Below are positions 47,201-57,282 of a stretch of 64,000 nucleotides of DNA, piece after piece. The stretch spans positions 1-64,000 of IMG/VR virus record IMGVR_UViG_3300042880_000420; one strand, given 5' to 3'. The translations under genes and the position numbers were made by a program. How positions within the stretch are numbered: the stretch's first letter is position 1; each line of letters begins with the position of its first letter. Source of the DNA: a virus. The notes under the pieces were generated by a model. The model saw only the letters and a program-made list of their open reading frames with translations, was not told the DNA's origin and made no database searches.

Positions 47201-49516
47201 TCCAGCAAGAACATCAATCATACTATTAAGAGCTTGTTTTTTATAAAGCTCTTTATTGTATTCTTTTGTTCCAAATTTATATCTATTGGGATTAGAAATA
47301 GCTCCGTATTTTTCCTGTAATTTATTATAAGTTTTTGCATATGACTCCACTGCATTTGCAACTTTATCAGTGTAATCCTGTGCAGATTTTTTATTTTCAG
47401 AAGTATAATCAAGACCGACAAATGCTTGTTCAAATTCTTCTTTAGACATGTTTTTACCATACTCCCTAAGAGTATCTATCAATGCCTCATGTGTATCATT
47501 TCTTACAGCTTGTGACACCATGCTGTGTAACATATCTGTACGAATGTTTTCATAAGCAAATTTATCTCCAAGTTTAGCTGCTTCATCTAATGCACTTGCT
47601 CCTTCTTTTTGTACATTAAAATTTTTAATAGATTCTGAAAAAAACTTAGAAGGATCTTTTGCTATTATATTAAATTCATTATAATAATTTTTTAATTTAT
47701 CTTCAGATTCTTTTTTATTCTTAAAATATTCTGCTTTTTGTTCTTCTGTAAGTCCGGCTGTTTTATATTTATCAGATACTGTTTCACCAATTTTTTTTAA
47801 TCCTTTTTGTGTAAGTACAGTGGGACCATGTATAATCATACCTGTTAAAGCACCAGATGCAAAAGTTTTTAAACCTTGCATATTCATTTGTGATTTAATA
47901 GCCCTATCTAAACTTTCTTCTTCACTTACAGTAGTATTGGGATCAAAACTTGCTTTATATGAATTTAAATAATAATCTTTATAATATTCATTAGACCCCT
48001 CTTGTAATAATTCTTGTATACCTTCTGTAACTTCAAATTTTAAAGCTGGTTTCATTATAGATTTAGCAAGAACTGTCCTTGCTTTTCTTGTACCAAAATC
48101 AGCTGCAATAGTTTTGTAATTAGAAAGTATACCACCAGTATAATACTGTGAAGTTGTTCTACCGTTTATTTTACCTAACACTTTAAAGCCTTTTTCACCA
48201 AGATCTTCTCCAAACTGAGAAAGTATTCTTGATGTTGCTTTAGAATTCTTAAATACATTATCAAACATTATACGATTTGATACAGCTAATACAGCAGAAT
48301 TAAAATTAAAATTTTTATCAGCGGCCTGCATTGCCACATTCTGCATTTTTTGAAGTTGTTCATCTGTTGCATATACACCCTTATTATTAAAATAATCATC
48401 TTGCATTTGATTATATAAATCACCAAATGTACCAGCAGCTTCCATTCTTGCTTCTGTAAATGCAAAATTTGCTTCAGATAATGTACGCTTTAATCCACTA
48501 ACTCCCACTTTAGCAATGTCACCAGCAAGCTTAGTTCCTGACAATCCCGCTAATTTACCTGCTTCATATGTTTTGCCAATATCCATTGCAATATCTACAC
48601 CTGGAATTTTTTGACCAACAGATGAAAAAAAGTTTTTTAATACAGCTTCATTTTTCCAAATGTCACCTAACTTTTTAAGAGCTTTAAAGTTTTTTGCAGC
48701 ATCATAAAATTCTTTACTTTTTTGAAACATTCTTGCAACTCTTCCAATATTTGCTGCAAGTTTAACATCAGCAGTAGTTTCAATTGCTGCTGCACCAGGC
48801 GCACCAACTCCACTAATAACCAAAGCAGCTTCAATGGCTTTTGTTAATAATTGTTCACTTAACATTTGAGCACCAGCACCAACCGTAAAACCAGCTTGTT
48901 GTAAAAAGTTTCCAAAAGTTTGTCTATTCCAAAACGTATCAGTTCCTTCTTTTGTAGCATAGATTGGATTGGAATTCATAATATCTTTTAATGAATCATC
49001 CAGCTCTAACATAGATTGTGCATCACCATGTAACCTATCCCAATCCCAATGAATTAAAGCATCTGTCATTCTACCCCAACCTTTCCATCCATCTGTAAAT
49101 CCATTATAAGCAAGTTTACCCATTCCTGAAAAACCGTTAGAAAGTACTTCAGACCAAGATTGATTCTGACCATATCTTTCTTCATTATCACCCGTCAATG
49201 ATATACCAAGTTTATAATAATCAGGAGATGAAACATATCGTGCAGTATTAATTTCATCTGCATTATAAGTTATAGGACTACCCATAAATCTTTCAGTGCC
49301 AGCAGAATTAAACAATCTACTGATTTCGCTGGCTACAGGACTTGTAGTTTGTTTAACACCACTATAAGAATATGGAAAATCAATATTACCATATCCTACT
49401 TGTGGAACTTGAAATTTTAATCCATCATTAGATATGTTAGGTTTAACAATATCTCCTGTAGGTGCAAGTAATTTTTCAATTGCAAATGGATCAAATGTTG
49501 ATTGAGGTGCAGCCAT
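44207..49516 (-). CDS. Large virion (ejected) protein upstream of the vRNAP
   Basis: 1769 aa; Gly/Ala-rich hydrophobic N-terminal segments, EGIQELLQ motif, only Cys at residue 1763. Confidence 0.75.
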   Translation of the reverse strand: MAAPQSTFDPFAIEKLLAPTGDIVKPNISNDGLKFQVPQVGYGNIDFPYSYSGVKQTTSPVASEISRLFNSAGTERFMGSPITYNADEINTARYVSSPDYYKLGISLTGDNEERYGQNQSWSEVLSNGFSGMGKLAYNGFTDGWKGWGRMTDALIHWDWDRLHGDAQSMLELDDSLKDIMNSNPIYATKEGTDTFWNRQTFGNFLQQAGFTVGAGAQMLSEQLLTKAIEAALVISGVGAPGAAAIETTADVKLAANIGRVARMFQKSKEFYDAAKNFKALKKLGDIWKNEAVLKNFFSSVGQKIPGVDIAMDIGKTYEAGKLAGLSGTKLAGDIAKVGVSGLKRTLSEANFAFTEARMEAAGTFGDLYNQMQDDYFNNKGVYATDEQLQKMQNVAMQAADKNFNFNSAVLAVSNRIMFDNVFKNSKATSRILSQFGEDLGEKGFKVLGKINGRTTSQYYTGGILSNYKTIAADFGTRKARTVLAKSIMKPALKFEVTEGIQELLQEGSNEYYKDYYLNSYKASFDPNTTVSEEESLDRAIKSQMNMQGLKTFASGALTGMIIHGPTVLTQKGLKKIGETVSDKYKTAGLTEEQKAEYFKNKKESEDKLKNYYNEFNIIAKDPSKFFSESIKNFNVQKEGASALDEAAKLGDKFAYENIRTDMLHSMVSQAVRNDTHEALIDTLREYGKNMSKEEFEQAFVGLDYTSENKKSAQDYTDKVANAVESYAKTYNKLQEKYGAISNPNRYKFGTKEYNKELYKKQALNSMIDVLAGNEFKATNAIDRSRELFSKASSHKTLGSSLASAYNILGSDANIEKEIKTLEIEISTKKEQLKSEGISDESKKDLRNEIELKEKQKQAITDWLNNKDELIDEIKVSKSYEAFKSYLELKNKEFGKESVININEVEDLFVDFNDYIKLNNKFQQHVDAVNMLSNPEYFNQVYERMIVGSQLAYYQMLYDSAQEQIKAGLVKSDEHFIVEANGMYGVFTPTGNVVFIVDDLDKAREIKEESDKLIYKGEEEIVIQEETKKEEIKKEKKKEETKKEGDLKINGRPITIITAENNIIYYKFNDDIDGEIYSFLKKEDGKFYDAETNEQITVTRVVQKEKPAPVSTDARADVKNKASEKLRQAEKDLADTEKRLEEIKSNPRANKADIPSLESRVKTLNDVVANTRLISESETFYIGQWETPSSNGTGIVINRKTISFPEFTTLYNIASKNLLDNYDAELAALEGGKEITTTEEEFVVEDINQVFTGTKKTLDDISKNSDVKFQEGFKQVAPALSLAQRTHNYNVVEVSPNVLRYERSDVNNSYVFYIATPEFLPGKSVYFKVIEPDVNYDQANIGIYTLINGKETLIGNVHTPDWISKKIGKTYVNIVIPENERDMDNPPTLVNQLKINRAFRKLMLDNHAKNPTFVLSGNIEDKSMGIIVTVNSAGLLKDRINPKVSEGGVENRHGVFGIVRNGFIEVDKGQQISPNKLAEINYDFSQYEGYTLLMVPTPTGVYFPTFIKLPNVARQQSEFILKAVSVFRGNEENNDLVDKVYKAVGSEYIPGQKPDMVILKKYINHYITNLDSKALSKTGSGSDLSENVARIDIFDDGNIKLQSKLNDQYVNVVIRSDKDAPSNILEHMDGLLTSIRYTDTKNDSLKGINSTKKINILGVENGKLISNNITYNQYIMNGAKTNLEKGIESNNNNDDWVYFANPVIKYTYGNPVSDPVEEIIEKKPEVTKEQLNTPVDLDKAAKMLAFLSKNGVSNETIEEQKDDCNISKYT

Positions 49517-49522
49517 TATTTT

Positions 49523-52500
49523 TTATTTAGTAGTATTAAATACACTATTATACTCTTTATCTAATTTATCTCTTAATTGTTTCTGAGCATAATTTAAATC
49601 TTGAACAGGTGTATATGTTCTTTTTAAAATAGTTGAATTTTCATAAGATTGTGTATTAACGCCTTTTCTTAATGCATCAATAAAATCTTCTACAGTGACT
49701 GTATTAGGCATATCAACAAATGATGTTTCATCATAATTTGTATTTCCAGTATAATCTTTCCAATTATATGTTAAAACATTATTTGTTGGATCTTGCTGTA
49801 CAATTTTATATCCTGCTTTAAATTTAATATTACCAGTTGTAATATCTTTATATATTTCATATTTTAATCCAAAGTCTTCATCTGTCTTTGAAGATTTGAC
49901 TGTTCCATTACTTAATAATAATGAATAAAAATGATCTTGATATGGATTAGGCATTCCAGGAACCATTGCCTCATTTCTAAGTTGAAAAGTTATTTCTCCA
50001 TTAAAAAAATCATACTTTGATCTATCTTTTTTATCAATATTTTTTAATAATTCGTCTTTATTATATGTAAAAGTAATATTTCTTTTTGTAGGATCAGGAC
50101 TTCCCATATTGTGATATTTAAGAGATGTCAATCCAGCAGCAGGATCAGAAACTATTTTTGTGATAAGTTTTTGAAGTTTATCTTGCTGGTCTTCATCATA
50201 TCCAACAATAACATATTTATCATCTTCTATATCTACAATATTATTAATATTTGTAAAAACTTGTTGTGCTATTCTATCTGCGTAATCTGTTCTATCAGTG
50301 GGACTAGACATGTATGTAATTGTCTTGCCCATTTTACCCGTTTCTTCACTGATTGTTTTTTGTAAATTTTCAGGAATAGCACTTTTAAGTAAACCATATC
50401 CTTTATCTAATTTTTTTCTAACTTCCTCAGGCTTTCCATAATCTCTTACAATACCCGTAATGTCATATGTTTGTCCATTTTTATCTGTTGCAGTATAACC
50501 TATAATAACTTTACTTTTTACTGAAATATTTGTTGTTGGTGATGTATATGTAATTTCTTCTTCATATATAGGTTCTGGCTTTAAGGTTCCATTTACATAT
50601 GCTTGTGCAATTTCTAAAGGAAGTTTAACGCGCTTATTATTTACAGTGAATTCACGAATATTACTTAAATTTTCAGCAGTGAATAAAAGACTCTTACCAT
50701 TTTTATCTTTAATGGTAATGTCTTTATATTTTTCAGGATTTTTTTCAACCTGTGCTGCAATTCGTTCATCATATTGCTTTCTTAAAGCATATGCATTATT
50801 TAGTTTATTTCTTGCAGATTGTAATTTAGTGTACGTCTGATAATTTGAATTAATTCTATTTTGTAAACTTGCATCATATTCATTTTTTGCAAGCATATCG
50901 TTTAAATTGTTTATATCCTTTTCAACCGTTTGAGAATAATAATCACTAACTGCTGACAAAGCAACTATTGGACCAGTGAGTTTAACAGGTTTAAGACCTG
51001 CTCCTTCTAATTTAGTATTTAATTTGCTTTCAACATCTTTTAATGTAGTCTGATAATCCTTACTCATTGTACTTGGGTCATTTGCAATTGCAGAAAAAAT
51101 GAACCCAACTTCTTGAGGTGAAATAACATCCTGTAACATATTAATAGGAACACTTTCTAATACAGATTTCATTTCCTGTAATCCAGTGGAATGCATACTA
51201 GTTATTGCAGAATTAAAAGTTTCAACATCTGACTCAATTTTATTTGCATTTGTTGTAGCAGTTACTGTAGGAATTATATTTTTTAAAGCAATTGGTTTTC
51301 CACTTGCATCATATTCTACATTTTCACCACCGCTTTCAATTGATTTTTTTGTTTCTTCCCAATTTTGTTTTCTAACATTAAGAGAATGTGTTTGTGCAAA
51401 TTCTGTTGCTTGACGTTGCTCAGATATATTATTCCAGTATGACTGATCTGTAGTAATTTCTAAAGATTGTTTACTTGCTGCACTCTTAGCAGCAACTTCC
51501 ATATCTTTATCCATTTTAAGATTTGCAAAAAATGCAGTGGGGCTAGTGCTAATTCTTTTTATTATTTCATCATATTTAATTTTATCTTCTTCATTTCCTA
51601 CACCTTTTGTTTTTAACAATGAAGTTTCTTTTTCTAATTCTTTTATTCTTTTATTTATTTCACCACCTTGTGTAATATATTGTGAATATAAATCTTCATT
51701 GCTATTTCTTGCGTTATCTGCATTAGTTTGTGCAATAATACGACTATCTTTTAAATACTTAATTTTATCATCATAACTTTTTATTTGTTGATCAATATGA
51801 TATTTTGGAAGCATAGATATTGCTTCTTCATCAGATATTTCAACACCTTTAAATTTTCTTTCATCATCTTTTATATCTTGAATACCTTGAATTTTAAAAT
51901 ATTCACCGTACATACTATATTGATCATTTGCAGATTCGCCTAAATATGTTTTAAACAAATCAGCAAAAGATTTATATAATCCGTCTCCATTTACTTGTTT
52001 ATAAATACGACCATTTTGCGACCAACTTAATTCTTGTTTCCATTCATTTTTTTTAATCCAATCCTGAAATTCTTTTGGATGATTTTGTAACGGTGTTGCT
52101 TTTATTAAAGGCACTTGATTAATAATATCAGGATCATCTGCTGTTTTAATTTTATTCATATAATAATTCATCACCGTAATAGGTGTATTATTATCATAGT
52201 CAGGATGTTCTTTTTTAATTTTTTCTTGTTCTGCTAATTGAGCATATCTACTTTTTGTATCTGCTATATGAGCTAACATTGTTTTATCCTCCCAAAAAGG
52301 AGAATATAAATTTTCAGCAGAATCTACATTTGATTGGATGGAAAGATCTGTAGTGCTGATTGTTTTTAATTGATCTTTAATTTGATTCAAATAATCATCT
52401 CTTCTTTTGCTATATTTATCATTTAATATTGGTGTATTTAATATACTTTTAAATCCTTGTGAAATTTGTTCATAATTAGTTTCATACCTAGCTGTTGCCT

Positions 52501-52591
52501 TTTGTAAAGCATTTGCTAAGTATGGAAAATTAGGAGTGTATTGTACAGGATTAAAACCGTTATCTGTAACACCAGGCAAATATGTACTCAT
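49523..52591 (-). CDS. Virion internal/ejection protein
   Basis: 1022 aa, no Cys, coiled-coil rich, within the virion module. Confidence 0.7.
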   Translation of the reverse strand: MSTYLPGVTDNGFNPVQYTPNFPYLANALQKATARYETNYEQISQGFKSILNTPILNDKYSKRRDDYLNQIKDQLKTISTTDLSIQSNVDSAENLYSPFWEDKTMLAHIADTKSRYAQLAEQEKIKKEHPDYDNNTPITVMNYYMNKIKTADDPDIINQVPLIKATPLQNHPKEFQDWIKKNEWKQELSWSQNGRIYKQVNGDGLYKSFADLFKTYLGESANDQYSMYGEYFKIQGIQDIKDDERKFKGVEISDEEAISMLPKYHIDQQIKSYDDKIKYLKDSRIIAQTNADNARNSNEDLYSQYITQGGEINKRIKELEKETSLLKTKGVGNEEDKIKYDEIIKRISTSPTAFFANLKMDKDMEVAAKSAASKQSLEITTDQSYWNNISEQRQATEFAQTHSLNVRKQNWEETKKSIESGGENVEYDASGKPIALKNIIPTVTATTNANKIESDVETFNSAITSMHSTGLQEMKSVLESVPINMLQDVISPQEVGFIFSAIANDPSTMSKDYQTTLKDVESKLNTKLEGAGLKPVKLTGPIVALSAVSDYYSQTVEKDINNLNDMLAKNEYDASLQNRINSNYQTYTKLQSARNKLNNAYALRKQYDERIAAQVEKNPEKYKDITIKDKNGKSLLFTAENLSNIREFTVNNKRVKLPLEIAQAYVNGTLKPEPIYEEEITYTSPTTNISVKSKVIIGYTATDKNGQTYDITGIVRDYGKPEEVRKKLDKGYGLLKSAIPENLQKTISEETGKMGKTITYMSSPTDRTDYADRIAQQVFTNINNIVDIEDDKYVIVGYDEDQQDKLQKLITKIVSDPAAGLTSLKYHNMGSPDPTKRNITFTYNKDELLKNIDKKDRSKYDFFNGEITFQLRNEAMVPGMPNPYQDHFYSLLLSNGTVKSSKTDEDFGLKYEIYKDITTGNIKFKAGYKIVQQDPTNNVLTYNWKDYTGNTNYDETSFVDMPNTVTVEDFIDALRKGVNTQSYENSTILKRTYTPVQDLNYAQKQLRDKLDKEYNSVFNTTK

Positions 52592-52641
52592 TTCTATGTA
52601 TTATATTATAAATATACTTTATAAAGTTAAGACTAAAAAAC

Positions 52642-52658
52642 CAAACTTATTAAGTTTG
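52642..52658. promoter_or_regulatory. Palindrome CAAACTTATTAAGTTTG, operator-like
   Basis: A related palindrome recurs at 57212-57228. Confidence 0.45.
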
Positions 52659-54713
52659 TTATACTTGATTTCTAGACTTTCTCCTTCTTGTTTGGTCATT
52701 CGTCATTCCTTGTTGCATTTTCATATAATCTAGATAATCACTTACACTCATATCAGCATCTTTTGCTGCTTGTGCAATATCTTTTGCACTCATTTTTTCT
52801 GTATCAGATTGACTATTAAAAAATGCCTGCATAGATTTAGGACTATGAAAATATATAGTTCCAGTTCCAGGTCTAACACCATAATAAGGACTTTCAGTCA
52901 AACTCGTATTATAAAGATTAGCTGCATTTCTTTGACCTTGTGTATAAGCTTGCAAAACACCTGTACGTGCTTGTCTCATTGCATTTTGATATTGTTGTTC
53001 ATTAATTACACCAGCATCATATAAACGTTTAGTACGTTGTGCATCATATGCTATTTGTTTATTAGTAATATCAGCTGCTTGACTAGCTGCTGCATTTCCT
53101 AATTGAACATTTAAATTAGATGTTTTTCCAATGGCATTTGCTACACTAGCAAGTTCTTGACCAACAGGAACTGTTCCTAAATTTTGTTTTCCTGCAAACA
53201 TGTTACGTGCTTGTCTATTTGAATTTGCTATTTCATTAATAGCAGCTAATTCTCTAGCTGAATCATAATATCTTGTTTCAGGTCTTTGAAATTTAACAGT
53301 AGGTTCAAAAGGTGTAAATCTTCTTACACCAGTTAAATTTTTAAGTGAATTTAAAAGAATTGCATTATCAGGATTTGTCCAACCATATTTAATTGGAGAT
53401 CTATTATATGTCGTTATATCATTATTTTTAATTTTACTTTCATTATCAAAATTAAAAGTATAAGGATTATTTTTTAAATAATTATGTAATAATACATTAG
53501 AACCAATAAGATTACCATCTTTATCAGTAAATTTACTTTTTTGTTTTTCTTCATCTGAAAACAAACTAGCATTTTGAAGTCTATTTATTCCTTGTTGATT
53601 TTGTTCTAAAGCCGTTTGATAATCAAAAGATTTTGTAAAATCAGGAACATCAGATTGTGGAATTGTTAATTCGTATGGATTTTTCTTACTATTAATTTTT
53701 GAAGATAGATTAATTCCATTAGTTATGTTATCACTTTCCACCTCACTTCCTTCTTCATCACCAATATATCTTTTTAAATTCATACCACCATATTTCATTC
53801 TACCACCATACATCATATCACCACCATACATTGCTTCCTGTGGGTTTTCTTCCATTTGTTCTTGAGATTCAACATCAGAAGCTTGCATCATCTTTGCATA
53901 ATATTCTTGTGCAATATTGGGAATACCTTGCGGATATCCTTTCTTACCTTCTTGTACAAGAGCAAGTTGTGCTAATTTCTTATTATAATTTTGAATCATC
54001 AGCTCTGCTGTACGTTTCTTAATAGAATCAGCTCTAGGATCTTCAAGTATAGCTTTATATTTATTAAGATCATATTGTTTAGCTATTTGTGCCGGAGTAA
54101 ATTTTTTAGATGATTTTTCAGACTTACCAAATACGCTAAGAACAGAACCACCAAGTTTCATCTTCTTTGTATCAGAAAAAATAAATGTACCTTCAGGAAC
54201 ATTTAATGGTACACCACCTTGCGTATGTCTTTTACCTTTTATATTGTAATGACTTTTAGTTCCATCTTCTTTTGGAATTACAGCAGTTTCACCACCTTCT
54301 GCTTCAATATTTGCATGCTCTCTTGGAACAGCAGACAACGTATTATTAACATCTAACTCTTCATCAGTATCTTGATTCATCCAAAGTCTTCTAGAACCAA
54401 GATCTAATCCATATCCCATTTGACCACCATAAGCAGCAGTTTGCATATCATATCCCATATTAGAATTTTGGTCTTGTGATTCAACACCTTGCAATTCTTG
54501 ATACATTTGCATAATGGTTTGTTTTTGTTCTTCTTCTCCCATTTGTTGAAGTTGTTGAACAATTTGTTGTGCATCAACACCATTAGCTTCAGCAAATGCT
54601 TGTATAACTTGCATAATTTGCTCTTGAGGATTACCACTTTGTTGTTGCATTGTCATATCTCCACCATCTTGATATTTAGCAGGATACTTTTTTATTTTGA
54701 CTTTGTATTTCAT
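52659..54713 (-). CDS. Virion cargo protein with repeated xxxGG motifs
   Basis: 684 aa; Q-rich N-terminus; ANIEAEGGE...GKRHTQGGV block; MYGG repeats. Confidence 0.7.
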   Translation of the reverse strand: MKYKVKIKKYPAKYQDGGDMTMQQQSGNPQEQIMQVIQAFAEANGVDAQQIVQQLQQMGEEEQKQTIMQMYQELQGVESQDQNSNMGYDMQTAAYGGQMGYGLDLGSRRLWMNQDTDEELDVNNTLSAVPREHANIEAEGGETAVIPKEDGTKSHYNIKGKRHTQGGVPLNVPEGTFIFSDTKKMKLGGSVLSVFGKSEKSSKKFTPAQIAKQYDLNKYKAILEDPRADSIKKRTAELMIQNYNKKLAQLALVQEGKKGYPQGIPNIAQEYYAKMMQASDVESQEQMEENPQEAMYGGDMMYGGRMKYGGMNLKRYIGDEEGSEVESDNITNGINLSSKINSKKNPYELTIPQSDVPDFTKSFDYQTALEQNQQGINRLQNASLFSDEEKQKSKFTDKDGNLIGSNVLLHNYLKNNPYTFNFDNESKIKNNDITTYNRSPIKYGWTNPDNAILLNSLKNLTGVRRFTPFEPTVKFQRPETRYYDSARELAAINEIANSNRQARNMFAGKQNLGTVPVGQELASVANAIGKTSNLNVQLGNAAASQAADITNKQIAYDAQRTKRLYDAGVINEQQYQNAMRQARTGVLQAYTQGQRNAANLYNTSLTESPYYGVRPGTGTIYFHSPKSMQAFFNSQSDTEKMSAKDIAQAAKDADMSVSDYLDYMKMQQGMTNDQTRRRKSRNQV
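53784..53828 (-). repeat. 18-bp-period tandem repeat encoding AMYGG-DMMYGG-RMKYGG
   Basis: + strand ACCACCATA at 53784, 53802 and 53820. Confidence 0.75.
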
Positions 54714-54723
54714 TATTGTAAAT

Positions 54724-57207
54724 TTAATCTAAAAATTCTAACTGACCACCAGCTTTTAAAAATTGTTGAATTTGATCTTCATCCATTTCTACCACCTGTC
54801 CACCAAGTTGTTCTCCACCGTTTTTAAAAACACCAGCTTGCTGTAGTTTTTTATACATTTTAGCAGATTCACTTTTTACTTGTCTTTTAAGAAGTTCTCT
54901 TCTTTGTGCTAAAGTTATTTGTTTTAAAGTTTTATTTCTTAATTCTGGATATATTTCTACACCATAACCTTTACTATTAATTGTACCATCTTTATTAACA
55001 CCACCACTCCATTTCTTTAAAGCATAATTTATATCTGTGTTAGGTTCATAATATTTACTATCAAATATTCCATCCACTTCACCAAACATTAAAGTTTCTC
55101 TAGCATTAAGTCCTGCTTCCAATGTAGGAAAAGCTGCAAAATATCCGGGACCATCTGTTTGTTTAATCGGAGATTTTACTGCTCCAAATTTTGAAAACAC
55201 AGGATTATAAATAATATTACCTGGATTATTAAGTTTTGTTGCAACATCTTTTTCATTAGGATTGGGAATACTAGGCCCAGCAGAATAATTTCTAGTTGGT
55301 CTAACAACTGCTCTTGTATTATCTATAGTTTTTGTATCATTTACAATTGGTTTAGAAATTTTAACATAATCTTTTAGAGAAACAACAATGGGCATGTTTT
55401 TCATAAGTTCAAGTGGACTACTAATTGGAGCAGCTAATTGTGGACTTGCAAATAAATTGCTAAATCCACCACCAACTTGATAACTAGGAACTTCCATACC
55501 ATACTTACCGTACATACCTTTATAAGAAAATGTACCTGTATTATAAGGTTTAAATGCACCATATGTAGAACCTGTTACACCATAATCACCTTTACTAGAA
55601 CCTTGAGGATTTGTAAACATAGCTGCTGTACTACCCATATTCATAGCAGCAGCATCCATATTTCTTTTTCTATTTCTTTCGTTTAATACATTACCAATAG
55701 TACCAGCAAGTTCTACACCAGTTTGCATTGTATTTGCAATTTTACCAGCAGTTCTACCAAACTTCTGTATATCTGTTTGACCTGTTCTAAATCTAGCACC
55801 TTTTCCTTCTTCTTTAAGTTGTTCCCAAAGTTCAGGATCTTGTTTCTTTATGTTAGTTAATTGTTTATTATCTTTAGACCATGTAGTAAAACCTGTATTT
55901 GGATCTACCGCATTACTGTATTGACTTGAATCAAAAGGTTCAATATTTTGTTGTTCTTCATCATACTGCTCTTCATCCATATTTAATCCACCAAGGTCAG
56001 GACTTTCATATAATTCATTTCTTCTATTTCTCCTACTACCGTTTACTCCGTCACCATATATTCCAGATTCTTGATTTTCATCTTCAATATCATATTGGAA
56101 ATTTGTATCAATGTTGTACGAACCATCGCCAGAAGCAGACCAAGATTGTCCAGCAGAAACATCTACAGGACTACCTGATGTGGGAGGTGTAGATGATGTT
56201 ACTGTAGAACCTTCTTGAAAATAATATCCACTACCTGGTACATATGTACCAGAGTCTGTATTTCTATGAAACTTACCATCCATTCCATAATACCCACCTT
56301 TTTTAAACATAGTTCTCATTGCGGGAAATATAGCAGTACCACCTTTTTCATACATGCCTCCACATTCATAACAAGGTTGACCACCTTGTTTCATTTTAGA
56401 AACATAATTAATAAGCTCGTTATTTTGTGTAGCACTACCCGTATAATTTTTTAAACCATATGATTCAGCAAGTTTTTTTCTTTCTGCAAATGAACTGTCT
56501 TTACCTTTTGATTTTAATAAATCAACAATGCTTGAATACTTATTTAATGGTGTAGAATAAGATGCACCAATAGCCCCCACTTCACGCATTGTTTGTGCGG
56601 GAGACATTGTAGATTGCAATGTTTTAGCAGCACCAAAATCTTTTAAAGGTACAGTTTGTAAATTATTCTTAATTAATTCTTTAGGAAGATTATAATTATT
56701 TACAATAGGTGCTAAAACTTTAAGAGGTTGCAATGTTTTACTTCTATCTATATAAGGAGTATTAGCTGCCATTCCAGGTCTTGACCACATACCAGTAGAT
56801 GTTTGCCATCCTGTGGTAGGTTGATTGCTTGCATATCCTTCAAAATCAGGATTGATATATCCGCCAGGTTCATTTACAGTAGGTATTTTATCAAAAGTTT
56901 CAACCATTGGACCAATAGCTCTACCCATTCTGTCAAATGATCTAGGTCTTTTAAAAGTACCAGATTCATCACGTACCATTGGTTGTAGTTGTGGAGTATA
57001 ATTAATCATACCTACATTTCCTTGTGTATTAACTCCAACTCTATTACGTAAATTTTCAGGAATTTCTACATTTATTCCATTTTGTGCTTCCATTAATTCA
57101 CCACACATATCGGGGTAGTCTGAACAAAAAGATGCTTGATCAGGATATTGATTATAAAAATCATCTTCTGATAATCCTGTTAATTCTAAAATACTTTGTT
57201 TATTCAT
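54724..57207 (-). CDS. Modular virion cargo protein with DUF3597-like and NNPGNI lysozyme-like modules and GG motifs
   Basis: 827 aa; SIVDLLKSKGKDSSFAERKKLA...YTGSATQN; LNNPGNI...FAAFPTLEAG. Confidence 0.7.
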   Translation of the reverse strand: MNKQSILELTGLSEDDFYNQYPDQASFCSDYPDMCGELMEAQNGINVEIPENLRNRVGVNTQGNVGMINYTPQLQPMVRDESGTFKRPRSFDRMGRAIGPMVETFDKIPTVNEPGGYINPDFEGYASNQPTTGWQTSTGMWSRPGMAANTPYIDRSKTLQPLKVLAPIVNNYNLPKELIKNNLQTVPLKDFGAAKTLQSTMSPAQTMREVGAIGASYSTPLNKYSSIVDLLKSKGKDSSFAERKKLAESYGLKNYTGSATQNNELINYVSKMKQGGQPCYECGGMYEKGGTAIFPAMRTMFKKGGYYGMDGKFHRNTDSGTYVPGSGYYFQEGSTVTSSTPPTSGSPVDVSAGQSWSASGDGSYNIDTNFQYDIEDENQESGIYGDGVNGSRRNRRNELYESPDLGGLNMDEEQYDEEQQNIEPFDSSQYSNAVDPNTGFTTWSKDNKQLTNIKKQDPELWEQLKEEGKGARFRTGQTDIQKFGRTAGKIANTMQTGVELAGTIGNVLNERNRKRNMDAAAMNMGSTAAMFTNPQGSSKGDYGVTGSTYGAFKPYNTGTFSYKGMYGKYGMEVPSYQVGGGFSNLFASPQLAAPISSPLELMKNMPIVVSLKDYVKISKPIVNDTKTIDNTRAVVRPTRNYSAGPSIPNPNEKDVATKLNNPGNIIYNPVFSKFGAVKSPIKQTDGPGYFAAFPTLEAGLNARETLMFGEVDGIFDSKYYEPNTDINYALKKWSGGVNKDGTINSKGYGVEIYPELRNKTLKQITLAQRRELLKRQVKSESAKMYKKLQQAGVFKNGGEQLGGQVVEMDEDQIQQFLKAGGQLEFLD

Positions 57208-57211
57208 ATTA

Positions 57212-57228
57212 TAAACTTTTAAAGTTTA
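57212..57228. promoter_or_regulatory. Palindrome TAAACTTTTAAAGTTTA, operator-like
   Basis: Immediately upstream of the ATG at 57207; matches the 52642 palindrome. Confidence 0.45.
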
Positions 57229-57282
57229 ATTATTTTATATTAAACTATATATTATTAATTTACTTAATTTTATTGAGATGTC

